This document shows positions 1-12,092 of a DNA stretch of 64,000 bases, piece after piece. Source of the DNA: Spirochaetia bacterium (GTDB lineage: Bacteria > Spirochaetota > Spirochaetia > SZUA-6 > Bin103); NCBI GenBank assembly GCA_965199955.1, contig CBDATQ010000002.1:1-64000 (forward strand), read 5' to 3'. The notes under the pieces are model-generated. The model was given only the letters and a program-made list of their open reading frames with translations, was not told the DNA's origin and searched no databases. How positions within the stretch are numbered: position 1 is the stretch's first letter; each line of letters begins with the position of its first letter. The position numbers and the translations under genes were made by a program.

Positions 1-282
1 CAGCAGGTTGCCGAGTGGCGGAGCAGCGGCCTGTCGAGCAAGGCGTACAGCGAGCGGCATGGCCTGCCGTATTCGTCGCTGTGCCGGTGGGCGGGCAAGT
101 CGAGGCAGTCCTCGGGGCCGGAGAGTCAGCGGCTGGTCGAACTGGGGCAGCGCGGCGGCGGTGCCGAGCCGGGCGCGACGATCGAGCTGGTGGTCGGCCA
201 GCGGTACGTGCTGAAGCTGAGGCGGTCGGTGCGGGCTACCGATCTGCGCGAAGTACTGGCGGCGCTGGAGGGCGAGCGGTGA
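1..282 (+). CDS. tnpA: IS66 accessory protein TnpA (5'-partial)
   Basis: Frame 1 (not in ORF track) reads QQVAEWRSSGLSSKAYSERHGLPYSSLCRW...EVLAALEGER*, an HTH-like IS66 Orf1; its TGA overlaps the tnpB GTG. Confidence 0.75.
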   Translation, partial: QQVAEWRSSGLSSKAYSERHGLPYSSLCRWAGKSRQSSGPESQRLVELGQRGGGAEPGATIELVVGQRYVLKLRRSVRATDLREVLAALEGER

Positions 283-629
283 TCCGGGTGGAGCTGGGCG
301 CGGCGCGGATCTTCGTACGGCCTGGGGCGACCGATATGCGCACGCAGGTCAACGGGCTGGTAGTGCTGGTGCAGGAGCAGATGCAGCTCAGTCCGTTCGA
401 GACGGCGCTGTTCGTGTTCTGCAACGCGCGGCGGCGCGTGCTGAAAGCGGTGTACTGGGATCGGACGGGATTCTGTCTGTGGATGAAGGGGCGATTTCCG
501 TGGCCGCCAACGGCGACCGAGGCGCGCCGAGAGATCGGCATCGAGGAGCTTCGGATGCTGCTGATCGGATCGATTTCTAGCATACCCACGAGGAGCTCCG
601 GTACCGGGAAATCGCCTGAGGTGGGTTGA
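279..629 (+). pseudogene. tnpB: IS66 accessory protein TnpB, damaged
   Basis: TDMR..NGL and LFVFCN.RR..LK.VYWD..GFCLW motifs; LWMKGRFPWP lacks the usual RLE residues; the C-terminus shifts frame and the other frame (IDF*HTHEELRYREIA) has an internal TAG. Confidence 0.8.
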
Positions 630-662
630 CACTGTCAGCATATTTCGTGCTATGGCATCTAC

Positions 663-1949
663 ATGTCCAGCGCGCCAGCGGTCGCCGAAGAACGCGATGC
701 GCTACGCGAAGAGAATCGTCGCCTGGTCCTGGAAAAGGACGATCTGGACGCGAAACTTCGGGAGCTGAACAAAGAAGCTGGATCTCTACGAAGAACAGGT
801 GGAGTGGTTCAAGAACAAGCTGTATGGACGCGGTACCGAACAGCTCACCGCCGCCGAGCGGCTGCAGATTCGAGTGTTCGATGAGATCGAACACTCCGCC
901 GACAGCCCATCGCCGGACGATGAGCCGTCCGCGGATCAGGCGGCCGCCGAGGTGCTTGCGCGCGCTCGCAGCCGCCCGCGGCGCAGACCGCTGCCGCAGG
1001 CGCTGCCACGGATCGAGCAGGTCGTCGACCTGCCCGAGCAGGACAAGCAGTGCGAGTGTGGCCACCCCTTGGTGCGCATCGGCGAGGACACCTGCGAGAA
1101 GCTCGACGTGATCCCGCCGCAGGTACGGGTGATCCGCACGGTGCGGCCCAAGTACGCCTGTCATCACTGCGAAGGCTCCGGCGACGAAGAGCATCCGGCG
1201 GTGCGGATCGCGCCGCCGCCGGCGGCGCTGATCCCGAAGGGGCTGGCCTCGGAGGGGCTGGCCTCGGAGGGATTGCTGGCGTTTATCGCCACGGCGAAGT
1301 TCTGCGACGCGCTGCCGCTGTACCGCCAGGAGCGGCAGTTCGCGCGCCTCGGCGTCGAGCTGTCGCGACGCACGATGTCGGACTGGATGATCGCTGCCGC
1401 CACAGCCTGCCAGGCGCTGATGGAGGCGTTGCTCGACAAACTGCGCTGCGGACCGACCCTGCAGATCGACGAGACCACCGTACAGGTGCTCAAGGAGCAG
1501 GACCGCGCCAACACCGACCTGAGCGGTTCGTGGCCGCGCGGCGCGCACGGGTGCAACCGGTGCTCGACACGTTCCACGGCTGGCTGCAGGAGAAACGCGA
1601 CCAGGTGCTGCCCGGCTCGGCGCTCGGCAAGGCGGTGGCCTTCGCGCTCAGCGAGTGGCCGAAGCTGATCCGCTATCTGGACCACCCGCAGATGAGCCCG
1701 GACAACAACGCCTGCGAACAGGCGATCCGCCCGTTCGTGGTGGGCCGCAAGAACTGGCTGTTTTCCGGCAGCCCGCGCGGAGCCGAGGCGAGCGCGATCC
1801 TGTACAGCCTGATCGAGACCGCCAAGGCCAACCGGCGCGAGCCGTACTGGTATCTGCGCGAGCTGTTCGAGAGGCTGCCGCATGCGCGCACCCGCGCCGA
1901 CTACCTCTCGCTCCTGCCGACTGCGCGTCCACCGCCGCCGGCTTCATAG
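663..1949 (+). pseudogene. tnpC: IS66 transposase TnpC with frameshift and large internal deletion
   Basis: Split over ORFs 663-884, 799-1668 and the end of 1050-1949; zinc-finger CECG..CHHC, LPLYRQE, IDETTVQVL, DNNACEQAIRP.VVGRKNWLF, YSLIETAK present; the central DGY/CWAH region is missing at about 1520. Confidence 0.85.
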
Positions 1950-2073
1950 AGGCTGGTTTCGCCGGTCGCTTACCCCGCCGCCGGGAGAATACGCGCGGCA
2001 TCCAACCACCCAGGATCACCTGCGGACGGACGGTCTCAACGGCCCAGCACTTCTGCGTGCCGGCGAAAGGAGG

Positions 2074-3400
2074 GAGCTACCATCAAGAGGTGTGTAACGA
2101 AAAAGGCGGCGCCCTGTAGAATCCTGAAATCACCACAAAGTCAGGAGGACACCGCCGTGGAAGAGTTGGTCACGAAGCAGAGCACCCAGTCAAGCGCGTG
2201 CTGGCAGGCCATGGAGGAGATGGCCCGGCGCCACGTTCAGCAGTGGCTGCAGGGATTGCTTGAGGACGAGGTGACGCAGTTTCTTGGCCGAGCCCGCTAC
2301 CGTCGCCGAGATGAAGGGGAACGCGGCTACCGCAACGGCTACGGCAAGCCGCGGCAGCTGACCACACGGGCCGGCACGGTGAGGGTGCGTCGGCCGCGGG
2401 TGCGCGGGCTGGAGCAGCGGTTCGACAGCGCGCTGCTGGCGCTGTGTGCGCGGCGCACGCCTGAGGTCACCGACGTGCTGCCGCAGTTGTACCTGCACGG
2501 GCTGGCGCTGGGCGATTTCGAACTGGCCCTGCGGGGGCTGTTCGGCGAGCACGGTGGCGCGGGTGAAGGACCGCTGGCACGCCGAGGCGGCCGCGTGGCA
2601 CGAACGCAGCCTGGCGGATCTGGAGTTGGTGTACCTGTGGGTCGACGGCGTGTACGTGAAAGCGGGGCTGGAGAAGGACAAGGCGGCGCTGCTGGTGGCG
2701 ATTGGTGGGCTGGCCGACCGGCGCAAGGTGCTCATCACGCTGCGCAGCGGGTACCGGGAGTCGACCGAGAGCTGGAAGGGAATGCTCAGGGATGCCCGAC
2801 AGCGGGGCCTTCGCTGTCCGCGGGTGGTGATCAGCGACGGGCACCTGGGGATCTGGGCGGCGCTGCGGGAGGTGTATCCGGACGCCGAGGAGCAACGGTG
2901 CTGGAATCACCGGATCGTCAACGTGCTGGACCAGGTGCCGAAGCGCTCCAGGAGGAAGCGATGGGGAAGCTGAAGAAGATCGCCTACGCCGAGACGCTCA
3001 AGGAGGCTGAGCAACGTCGAGGATCGTTCCAGAGCTGGGCGCGTGGCCAGGGGCTGCAGCGAGCCGCCGAGTTGATCGCGGAGGACTGGGAGCGGATGGT
3101 GAGCTACTACGGGTATCCACGAGCTCACTGGCGGCACCTGCGGACGACCAACTTGATCGAGTCGCCGTTCGCGGCGCTGAGGTTACGGACCGATGCGGCG
3201 AAGCGATTCATGAAGGTAGCCAACGCCACCGCCGTGATCTGGAAGATGCTGTTGGTGGCCGAGACGAAGTTCCGGAAGCTGAACGCGCCGGAGCTACTTC
3301 AAGATGTGTGGGTGGGAGCCGAGTACCGAGACGGAATTCGAATCGAAGATCAGGAGCGGGACGCTGCCTGACTCGTTTACACTCCTATTGACAGGACCTC
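2074..3400 (+). mobile_element. IS256-family insertion sequence (1327 bp)
   Basis: 24-bp imperfect terminal inverted repeats (2074-2097 and 3377-3400, 18/24 match); flanked by 8-bp direct repeat AAAGGAGG at 2066-2073 and 3401-3408. Confidence 0.9.
2157..3371 (+). pseudogene. IS256-family (mutator-like) transposase, two compensating frameshifts
   Basis: YRNGY, LYLHGL, WVDGVY, ISDG, QRCWNH and TTNLIES motifs; the middle part (about 2550-2945) lies in the 2446-2973 frame; AGGAGG at 2143-2148. Confidence 0.85.
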
Positions 3401-3416
3401 AAAGGAGGGACCAAGA

Positions 3417-4160
3417 GTGTACCCCATGACGCGCCAAGTTCCGATGCGACGCACGGTCGCCAAAGCACTCCCGCTCGCGCTGCTCGTCACCGTAGCCATG
3501 CTCAGCGCCGCCGAGGAGCCATTCATCGCTGGCAACAGCGTAGTGATCACGTCCTTGGATGAATTCACCGATGCCTACCAAAGCACGATCCTCGTACTCG
3601 GGATAGTCGACCGCGCCAAAGGCGCCGCCGCTGCTGGAATGGTCGGCTTCTACCATTGGGCCGATGGTACATACGAACTCAGCTACTGGGCGAAACCGTA
3701 CTACACCCCGCCAGACAAACAGGACCGAACGAACGTCCTTGTCCGCATAGATCGGCTGGAGGCAGAGAGATCCACGGGACGGTGGAATGAAAAACGCGCT
3801 GCCATCTCCGTCGAGATCACGAAGGACGATTTCGTGCGAATGATTGATCTCATCGGGACGGCCACGAGACTCATTTATCGCATTCACGGCAGCGATACGC
3901 TGACCGTTGAGATCCCAAATGAGATCGGTGACCTCGTGGACGAGTTTCGTCGCCGTCTGGAAGCACGTGGCGGACATGCGCTCTCCGCGCGATCGTCGTT
4001 GCGCCCTCGCCCCGAGGTGAGCGCGACGTTTGGCGGTGGATCGGGATCGAGATCGGCCGCCTGCTGCCGCTACTGCACGACCGGGAAGCCGTGCGGCAAT
4101 TCCTGCATCGCGCGATCCCTTACCTGCCACAAGGGCGCCGGCTGCGCCTGCGCTGGATAG
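3417..4160 (+). CDS. Secreted hypothetical protein with C-terminal Cys-rich domain
   Basis: SD AAAGGAGG 8 nt before GTG; signal peptide MRRTVAKALPLALLVTVAMLSAA; Gly/Ser linker followed by CCRYCTTGKPCGNSCIARSLTCHKGAGCAC. Confidence 0.75.
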   Translation: MYPMTRQVPMRRTVAKALPLALLVTVAMLSAAEEPFIAGNSVVITSLDEFTDAYQSTILVLGIVDRAKGAAAAGMVGFYHWADGTYELSYWAKPYYTPPDKQDRTNVLVRIDRLEAERSTGRWNEKRAAISVEITKDDFVRMIDLIGTATRLIYRIHGSDTLTVEIPNEIGDLVDEFRRRLEARGGHALSARSSLRPRPEVSATFGGGSGSRSAACCRYCTTGKPCGNSCIARSLTCHKGAGCACAG

Positions 4161-4281
4161 GCCCAGCACGACCGCGCGCATCGAGCGAGCGCGTGACGAC
4201 GTTGCTGCCGGTGGACGTGGCATACGATGCCGCCGCCTTCGCCGATCACCGTGTGGGGCATGTAGCCGCGCCCCGTCGAGG

Positions 4282-7200
4282 TCAGCGGATGCCGGTCAGC
4301 GCCGGCATGGAGGCGCGGCCGGCATCGGCGGCGGCCGGTTCGATGAGCCCGGCGCGCAGCAGCCGCTTCTGTACGGTCCATCCGTCCTCGGGCGAGAGCC
4401 GCTCGCAGTAGATCACCTGGCCGCCGTCGAGCACCGCGATCGGCCGGCCGGCCCGATAGGCGACCCGATTGCCGGTGCGCGCGGCCAGCCTGGCGCCGGA
4501 TGGGGTGGTCACCCCCAGGGCGTTCACCGGATCGACCGCGCTCAGGAAGATGACCTCGTCGCCCGCTTCGCTGCGGCGCACCTCGCGCAGGGCGCCGACA
4601 GCCTCCGGCAGCGCGAACTGCTCGCCGCCGACGCCGGACACGAAGTGGCCGCCGCGGATCTCGCCTCTCGTCTCCAGCCGGCGCAGGGTGCGCACCAGCT
4701 CCCGCCACGGCGGCAGGTGCGGCTCCCGGTCGGTGAGGCGGCGGAACACCACGCCGTACCGCCTGAGCAGCGCGCGGGCAGCGGTCTCGCGCGCCTTCTC
4801 GTCGTCATCCCCGTCCGCGGCAGGCGCAACCGTCCGCGCCAGCGACCAGCGGCCGGCGGTCTCCAGGGACGACTGCTGCCGACGATGGACGCCGCCGGGG
4901 TGGCGGTCCCCGAAGCGGCGCCGGGCGCCGGTGCGCCCATTGGGCGAGGACGGTCCGATCAGCGCGCGCAACCCGGCGAAGCCGTCGCAGGTCACCAGGC
5001 CGGCCGCGACCAGATCGCCGAGCGCTCCCTCCACCTGCGTGCGCAGCAGCCGCGTGCCGGCGACGATGTCGTCGAAGAAGGAAGCGCCCGCCTCCCGGAG
5101 CAGGGAGTGCACGGCCCGCGCCGTGGCGGTGGACGGGTCGGGCGCCACCCCCGCGGCCAGCCGCTGCCATACCGGCAAGCGCTCGCGGCTCAGCAGCGCG
5201 ATGCGGGTGGCCTTGACCGGGCCGCCTGCGGTGTCATCCGGGAAGCGCGCCCACACCACTTGGCCCGACAGGCACAAGGAGTCCAGCCATGCGGGATCGT
5301 AGTCGCGCACCCGCAGCGGCAGCACCGCGCTCTCCCACGCCGCCGCCGGCAGCTCGACGCCATCCAGGACGCCCAACACCTCGGCCAGACCCTCCTGTCC
5401 GGCCATGCGGTGCGCCGGACCCACGTGCTGCCAGCGCATCAGGAAGCGCACATAGTCGGCCTTGGTGACCGGCTCGATCTCCCGCCGCAGCCGGTCCAGC
5501 GTGTAGCGGTTGATGCGCGCCAGCAGACGCCTCTCACACCACTCGACACCGTCCGCATCCGTCCCGGCGGTGAAACGGCCCTGCATCGCGAAGCCCTCGG
5601 TCTCCAGGGCGGTGAGCGCCGCGTTCACGGATCCCTGCGGCTGCCCGATCGAGGAGGCGAGCTCCGCGGCGGTCACCGGCCCGAGCGCTTCCAGGCGGCC
5701 GCGCAGCAGCTCTCGCAGCGCGTCCTCCGCCTCGTAGGGGCGCAAGTACCGCTCCGGGACGGTCAGCTCCGGGGTACGCCCGGCCTCCGGGGCCAGCGCC
5801 CGCCACTCCGGCAGCCGTTCGGCGGCCACCCATAGCGGGCCGGCCGGAGAGCTCTGCCGCGTGGCCCGGCCCTCGGAGACCAGTTCCTCGAACGGCTCCG
5901 ACCAGTCGCGGGTCCCATCGCCGCGCCGGCCCTCGGACTCGGTGAGGAAGCCCAGCAGAACCAGCGCGTCGTGCAGGTCGTCGGCGTCCTCGACCCGCGG
6001 CCACGCCTCGTTGCGCACGCGTGCGATCGCACCTGGGTCGAGCGCACCCAGCTCGCTCGCTTCCTGCGGGTCCAGCCAGCGGCGGTTGCGCACCGCCTGC
6101 GTGCGCCGCTCCTCGAGCGGCGCGTCGTCCAGGAAGGCGTACGGACGGGCGCCCAGGATCTCCTGCGCGAACGGGGACGGCTCTGAGAGATCGCGGCAGA
6201 CCAGCGTCAGCTCGCCGGACCGCACCGCGCCGATCAGCGCCTGCAGCGCCTCGATGTCCATCGCCTCGGTCAGGCAGTCGTCGATGGTCTGCGCCACCAG
6301 CGGGTGGTCGGGCACCTCGCGCTCGCCGGTCAGGTTCTCGGCGCACGCGAGCTGGTCCGGGAACACCAGCGCCACCAGGTCTTCCGCCTGCATGCGCTGC
6401 AGGTAGGGCGGCGTCCGGCGCCCGCCGCGCCAGCGGGGCACGGCCAGCGCGCGCGAGGCGTTCCAGCGCCAGCGGACCTGGAACATCGGCGCGTCGAGCA
6501 GCGCCTGCACCAGCACCTCGCGGACCGTCCCGGGATGCAGGTAGCTCCACACCTCCTCCATGCGGAAGCTGCGCGTGGGGCCGAGCGACAGCACGATCGC
6601 GTCGTCGGTGGCCGCCGCCTGCAGCTCGAAGTTGAAGGTGCGGCAGAAGCGCTTGCGCAGCGCCAGCCCCCAGCCGCGGTTGAGCCGCGAGCCGTGCGGG
6701 GAGTGGACGACCAGGTGCATGTCGCCGGCCTCGTCGAAGAACCGCTCCATCACCAGCGTGCGCGCGGTCGGCATGACGTGCAGGGCGTTGCGGCCCGCGG
6801 TGAGGTACTCGGCGGCCTGCTCGGCCCCGCTCGCCGGCATCCCCGGCAGCGAGTTCAGCCACGCGGTCGCGGCCGGCACCGCCGGGTCGCCGCGCTCCTC
6901 GGCTTCGCGGATCGCCGCCTCCGCTCCCTCGCGCAGCTCGGACACCGCGGCCGACAGCTCCGGGGTGCGGCCCGGCGCCTCGCCCAGCCAGAAGGGGATG
7001 GTGGGACGCTGGTCGCCGGCATGGGCTACGCGCACGGTGCTGCCGGTCACCTGCAGGATGCGCCACGAGGTGTTGCCGAGCTGGAACACGTCGCCGGCCA
7101 TGCTCTCGATGGCGAAGTCCTCGTGGATGGTGCCCACCACGGTCTCGTCCGGCTCGGCGCGTACCTCGTAGTCGAAGGTGTCGGGGATGGCGCCGCCGCC

Positions 7201-8724
7201 GGTCAACGCGACCAGGCGGGCGCCGCGGCGGGCGCGAAGCCGACCGTTCACGGCGTCCAGGTGCAGGTAGGCGCCGCGCCGCCCGCGGCGGGTGGTGAAG
7301 CCCTCGGCCAGCATGCGCACCACCGTGTCGAAGCGGTCGCGGGCCAGGCCGCGGTACGGATACGACCTGCGCACCACCCGGTACAGCTCGTCGGCGGACC
7401 ACTCTCGGGCCGCGCACTCGGCGACGATCTGCTGCGCCAGGATGTCAAGTGGCGCTTCCGGAATCGGGATCTCGTCCAGGTCGCCCCGCGCCGCCGCCGC
7501 CAGCAGGGCGCACCCCTCCACCAGGTCGTCCCGGCTGAGCGGGAACAGGCGTCCCTTGGGCGTCGCGCCAACCGCGTGGCCGGAACGGCCGACCCGCTGC
7601 AGGAAGGCCATGATCGAGCGCGGCGAGCCGAGCTGGCACACCAGGTCGACGGCGCCGATGTCGATGCCCAGCTCCAGTGATGCGGTGGCGACCAGGACGC
7701 TCAGCGATCCCTGCTTGAGCCGTCGCTCCGCGTCCAGGCGCGTCTCCTTGGACAGGCTGCCGTGGTGGGCGGCCACCGCGTCCGCGCCCAGGCGCTCGCT
7801 CAGCTCGTGCGCGGCGCGCTCGGCCATGCGCCGCGTGTTGACGAAGATCAGCGTGGTGCGGTGCGCGGCGATCAGCTCGCACAGGCGGGCGTAGATCTCC
7901 TCCCACACCTCGTTGGACATGACCGCCGCCAGGGGCGAGTCCGGCAGCTCCAGTGCCGTGTCCATGCGGCGGCGGTGGCCGACGTCCACGATCGCGCACG
8001 GATGGCTCGACGGCACCAGGTACTCGGCCACCCGCTCGATCGGCTTCTGCGTCGCCGACAGGCCGATGCGGCGGGGAGGCGCCTCGGTCAGCGCCTGCAG
8101 CCGCTCCAGGCTGAGGGCGAGGTGGGAGCCGCGCTTGGAGCCGACCACGGCGTGGATCTCGTCGACGATCACGGTCTCCACGGTGCGCAGCATGCGCCGG
8201 CCGCCGTCGGCGGTGAGCAGCAGGTACAGCGACTCCGGGGTGGTCACCAGGATATGCGGAGGGCGGCGGGTCATCGCCGCGCGCGCCGCGGACGGCGTGT
8301 CGCCGGTGCGGACCAGGGAGCGGATCGGTGCCGATCCCTCCTGTCCGTCAGCCCCTTCCGGATGGAGCAGGGCGTGGATGCCGGCCAGCGGCTGCTCCAG
8401 GTTGCGGTGGATGTCGTTGCTGAGCGCCTTCAGGGGCGAGACGTACAGGACCGAGGTTGCTTCGGTCAGCGTTCCGTCGACCGAGCGGCGCATCAGACCG
8501 TCGATCGCGGACAGAAAGGCGGCAAGCGTCTTTCCCGAACCGGTGGGAGCGGCGATGAGGGTGTGTCGCCCGCCGGCGATCTGGGCCCAGGCGCGCTGCT
8601 GGATCTCCGTGGGGGCGGCGAACGCGTCGCGAAACCAGGTGGCGACCGCGGGATGGAACCGCTGCAGCGGATCGGCATGCCGCCGGTCAGCATGCCGCCG
8701 GTCAGCATGGTGGGTGCGGTTCAT
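4282..8724 (-). CDS. lhr: Lhr-family DEAD/DEAH-box helicase, full length with C-terminal winged-helix region
   Basis: [48 protein letters not shown]-terminal LLRRYGVV and GEQFA motifs; start placed at MNRTHH. Confidence 0.93.
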   Translation of the reverse strand: MNRTHHADRRHADRRHADPLQRFHPAVATWFRDAFAAPTEIQQRAWAQIAGGRHTLIAAPTGSGKTLAAFLSAIDGLMRRSVDGTLTEATSVLYVSPLKALSNDIHRNLEQPLAGIHALLHPEGADGQEGSAPIRSLVRTGDTPSAARAAMTRRPPHILVTTPESLYLLLTADGGRRMLRTVETVIVDEIHAVVGSKRGSHLALSLERLQALTEAPPRRIGLSATQKPIERVAEYLVPSSHPCAIVDVGHRRRMDTALELPDSPLAAVMSNEVWEEIYARLCELIAAHRTTLIFVNTRRMAERAAHELSERLGADAVAAHHGSLSKETRLDAERRLKQGSLSVLVATASLELGIDIGAVDLVCQLGSPRSIMAFLQRVGRSGHAVGATPKGRLFPLSRDDLVEGCALLAAAARGDLDEIPIPEAPLDILAQQIVAECAAREWSADELYRVVRRSYPYRGLARDRFDTVVRMLAEGFTTRRGRRGAYLHLDAVNGRLRARRGARLVALTGGGAIPDTFDYEVRAEPDETVVGTIHEDFAIESMAGDVFQLGNTSWRILQVTGSTVRVAHAGDQRPTIPFWLGEAPGRTPELSAAVSELREGAEAAIREAEERGDPAVPAATAWLNSLPGMPASGAEQAAEYLTAGRNALHVMPTARTLVMERFFDEAGDMHLVVHSPHGSRLNRGWGLALRKRFCRTFNFELQAAATDDAIVLSLGPTRSFRMEEVWSYLHPGTVREVLVQALLDAPMFQVRWRWNASRALAVPRWRGGRRTPPYLQRMQAEDLVALVFPDQLACAENLTGEREVPDHPLVAQTIDDCLTEAMDIEALQALIGAVRSGELTLVCRDLSEPSPFAQEILGARPYAFLDDAPLEERRTQAVRNRRWLDPQEASELGALDPGAIARVRNEAWPRVEDADDLHDALVLLGFLTESEGRRGDGTRDWSEPFEELVSEGRATRQSSPAGPLWVAAERLPEWRALAPEAGRTPELTVPERYLRPYEAEDALRELLRGRLEALGPVTAAELASSIGQPQGSVNAALTALETEGFAMQGRFTAGTDADGVEWCERRLLARINRYTLDRLRREIEPVTKADYVRFLMRWQHVGPAHRMAGQEGLAEVLGVLDGVELPAAAWESAVLPLRVRDYDPAWLDSLCLSGQVVWARFPDDTAGGPVKATRIALLSRERLPVWQRLAAGVAPDPSTATARAVHSLLREAGASFFDDIVAGTRLLRTQVEGALGDLVAAGLVTCDGFAGLRALIGPSSPNGRTGARRRFGDRHPGGVHRRQQSSLETAGRWSLARTVAPAADGDDDEKARETAARALLRRYGVVFRRLTDREPHLPPWRELVRTLRRLETRGEIRGGHFVSGVGGEQFALPEAVGALREVRRSEAGDEVIFLSAVDPVNALGVTTPSGARLAARTGNRVAYRAGRPIAVLDGGQVIYCERLSPEDGWTVQKRLLRAGLIEPAAADAGRASMPALTGIR

Positions 8725-8754
8725 CGGGTCAGGCAAATCGTGCGTGAGACACAA

Positions 8755-8778
8755 AGACCCCCGCCCGCGCGGGGGTCT
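8755..8778 (-). terminator. Probable intrinsic terminator after the small minus-strand ORF
   Basis: Perfect 10-bp stem AGACCCCCGC/GCGGGGGTCT with 4-nt loop, followed on the minus strand by TTGTGT. Confidence 0.55.
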
Positions 8779-8814
8779 CCTCCAACGTAGCCGGCAGTTC
8801 GGGCGCTACGGTGC

Positions 8815-9000
8815 TTAGATCGTGTCGCCGTGGCCGCTCAGCGGGCAATTCTCGCCAAGGCCGTAGTCCGAAGAGGACTTTGCCTCGACCGCCGGGGGCT
8901 CCGGCACGGTAGCGGCGGTCGCGCTGGTCACGAACACCACCGCCACGGCGGCTGCCACGACCAGGGTTCCGATCCCGATCAGCAGGGTTTTCAGTCTCAC
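8815..9000 (-). CDS. Small exported or membrane-anchored hypothetical protein (about 61 aa)
   Basis: Basic N-terminus plus hydrophobic stretch RLKTLLIGIGTLVVAAAVAVVFVTSATA; TACGAT 9 nt upstream of the GTG and a hairpin downstream. Confidence 0.5.
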   Translation of the reverse strand: MRLKTLLIGIGTLVVAAAVAVVFVTSATAATVPEPPAVEAKSSSDYGLGENCPLSGHGDTI

Positions 9001-9055
9001 AACGCCCAAATCGTAGCCGATGGTCCGGGGTGCGTCAAAGCGCGGGCGCGCGCCG

Positions 9056-10047
9056 CTAGTCGTAGCGGATGCGGGGGTCGAGCATGGCCAGGGCGATGTC
9101 GGCCAGCAGGTTCCCGATCAGCAGGAAGATCGCGTAGAACTGCAGGATGCTGGCCGCCATGAAGATGTCCTCGCCCAGCACGGCGTCCAGCAGCAGGGGG
9201 CCGGCGGTCGGCAGGTTGAGGACGATGGAGGTGATCGCCTCGCCCGACAGCAGGGCCGGCAGGGTCATGCCCAGGCTGCTCACGAACGGGTTGAAGGCGA
9301 TGCGCACGGCGTGGCGGCGGGTGACGATCCGCTCCTTGACGCCCTTGGAGCGCGCCGTGGTGACGTAGGGTTCCCCCAGCACGTCGAGCAGGTTGGCGCG
9401 CATCACCCGGATGGTGCCGGCGGTGCCCGCCGTGCCGATCACGACGACCGGAATCCACAGGTTCTTGATGAAGTCCAGCACCCTCATGACGCTCCAGGGG
9501 GCGTCCTGATACGCCGGTGAGAACATGCTCCCCACGTTCATCCCGAACGTGAACAGGGCCAGCACCATGAGCGCCAGCGCAAGGAAGAAATTGGGGATGG
9601 ACAGGCCCACGAAGCCGACGAAGGTGGCGACGTAGTCGCGGATGGTGTTCTTGTGGAGCGCCACGTAGATCCCGATCGGTATGCCGATGCCCCAGGTGAA
9701 GATCAGGGAGGCGAAGGAGATGATGAAGCTCAGCAGCAGGCGGCTGCCGAGCAGCTCGGCGACGGGCCGCTGGTAGCTGAACGAGATGCCCATGTCGCCC
9801 ATGGTGAAGTTGCGGATCCAGATCAGGTACTGCTGCCACTTGGGCTTGTCGAGGCCGAAGTGGATGGCGAAGTTCTCCACCATCTGCATTGCAGCCTCCG
9901 TCCGTATGCCCGAGCGCTGCTCCTGCAGCTCCGCCAGCATGTTGGTCAGGTAGTCGCCGGGAGCGATCTGGATGGTGATGAAGATGATCAGCGACAGCAG
10001 GAAGTAGGAGACGATCATCGACAGGAAGCGCCGCAGCAGGAAGACCT

Positions 10048-10051
<4 letters not shown>
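9056..10051 (-). CDS. Opp/Dpp-family ABC permease (DppB-like)
   Basis: PGDY, GDMGISF, YVTTARSKG (EAA loop) and LDPRIR motifs. Confidence 0.93.
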
Positions 10052-11046
<995 letters not shown>

Positions 11047-11065
11047 CGGACGGGCAGCCGGCCGC

Positions 11066-12088
11066 TCAGGGGGAATCGCCGCCCTCCGGGTACAGCCAGC
11101 AGGCTACGGTGTGGTCCGGGCCGACCGGCGTGACCTCCGGCTGGGTCCGGCACCGGTCGGTGGCGTGCGCGCAGCGCGGCGCGAACGGGCAGCCCTCGAT
11201 GACGGTCATGGGGTCGGGCACGGAGCCCGTGATCGCCTCCAGCTTGGACTTCGGAGCGGTGGCCATGGACGGCACCGACCGGAACAGCGCCTGCGTATAG
11301 GGATGCCGGGGATTGGCGAACAGCTCCGTCACCGGCGCCTGCTCCATGATCCGGCCCAGGTACATGACGATCACGTCGTCGGCCATCTGCGCGATGACGC
11401 CCAGGTCGTGGGTGATGAACAGGATCGACATGTGGTACTCGGCCTGCAGGTCGCGGAGGAGCCGGAGGATCTGCGCCTCGATGGTCACGTCCAGGGCCGT
11501 GGTCGGCTCGTCGGCGATGAGTAGCCGGGGCCTGCAGGACAGCGCCATGGCGATCATCGCCCGCTGCCGCATGCCGCCGCTCAACTGGTAGGGGTACTCG
11601 TTCACCCGCTGCGCGGGGTCGGGCATGCCGACGCGGCGCAGCATCTCCGTGGCGTACTCCCTGGCCTGCGTCTTGTCCATGTCCAAGTGGATGAGCACGC
11701 TTTCGGTGATCTGGTAGCCGATGGTGTAGATGGGGCTCAGGGTGCGCATCGGCTCCTGGAAGACCATCGCGATCTCCTTGCCCCTGATCTCCCGGATCTT
11801 GCGGCCCTTGGGCGGGACGCGCGCCAGGTCGACGACCTCGTGCTCCCGGTGCAGGGCGATCGATCCTCCCTCGATGCGTCCCGGCGGGCTCGGCACCAGG
11901 CGCAGGATGGTGGCAGCGGTCACGCTCTTGCCGCAGCCGCTTTCGCCGACGATGCCGACGGTGCGGTTGGTGGCGATGTCGAAGCTCACGCCGTCGACGG
12001 CGCGCACGATGCCGTCATCGGTGTGGAACCAGGTGCGCAGGTCCCTGACCTCGAGCAGTTTCCGGCTCCCGGAAGGGTCTTTCGCCAT
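11066..12088 (-). CDS. Opp/Dpp ABC ATP-binding protein (DppD-like)
   Basis: [26 protein letters not shown] and GCPFAPRC motifs; start placed at MAKDP. Confidence 0.94.
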   Translation of the reverse strand: MAKDPSGSRKLLEVRDLRTWFHTDDGIVRAVDGVSFDIATNRTVGIVGESGCGKSVTAATILRLVPSPPGRIEGGSIALHREHEVVDLARVPPKGRKIREIRGKEIAMVFQEPMRTLSPIYTIGYQITESVLIHLDMDKTQAREYATEMLRRVGMPDPAQRVNEYPYQLSGGMRQRAMIAMALSCRPRLLIADEPTTALDVTIEAQILRLLRDLQAEYHMSILFITHDLGVIAQMADDVIVMYLGRIMEQAPVTELFANPRHPYTQALFRSVPSMATAPKSKLEAITGSVPDPMTVIEGCPFAPRCAHATDRCRTQPEVTPVGPDHTVACWLYPEGGDSP

Positions 12089-12092
12089 GGCG

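Larger units (their letters stand above)
1..1973 (+). mobile_element. IS66-family insertion sequence, decayed, left end outside window
   Basis: tnpA-tnpB-tnpC gene order; right end ...GGTCGCTTAC at 1973 reads GTAAGCG on the reverse strand, the typical IS66 terminus. Confidence 0.88.

Noticed and set aside
3388..3420. IS256-derived hybrid promoter
   Set aside because: TTGACA is present but there is no acceptable -10 at 16-18 bp spacing.
4282..5500. Lhr C-terminal region as a novel domain
   Set aside because: It matches the known long-form Lhr architecture.
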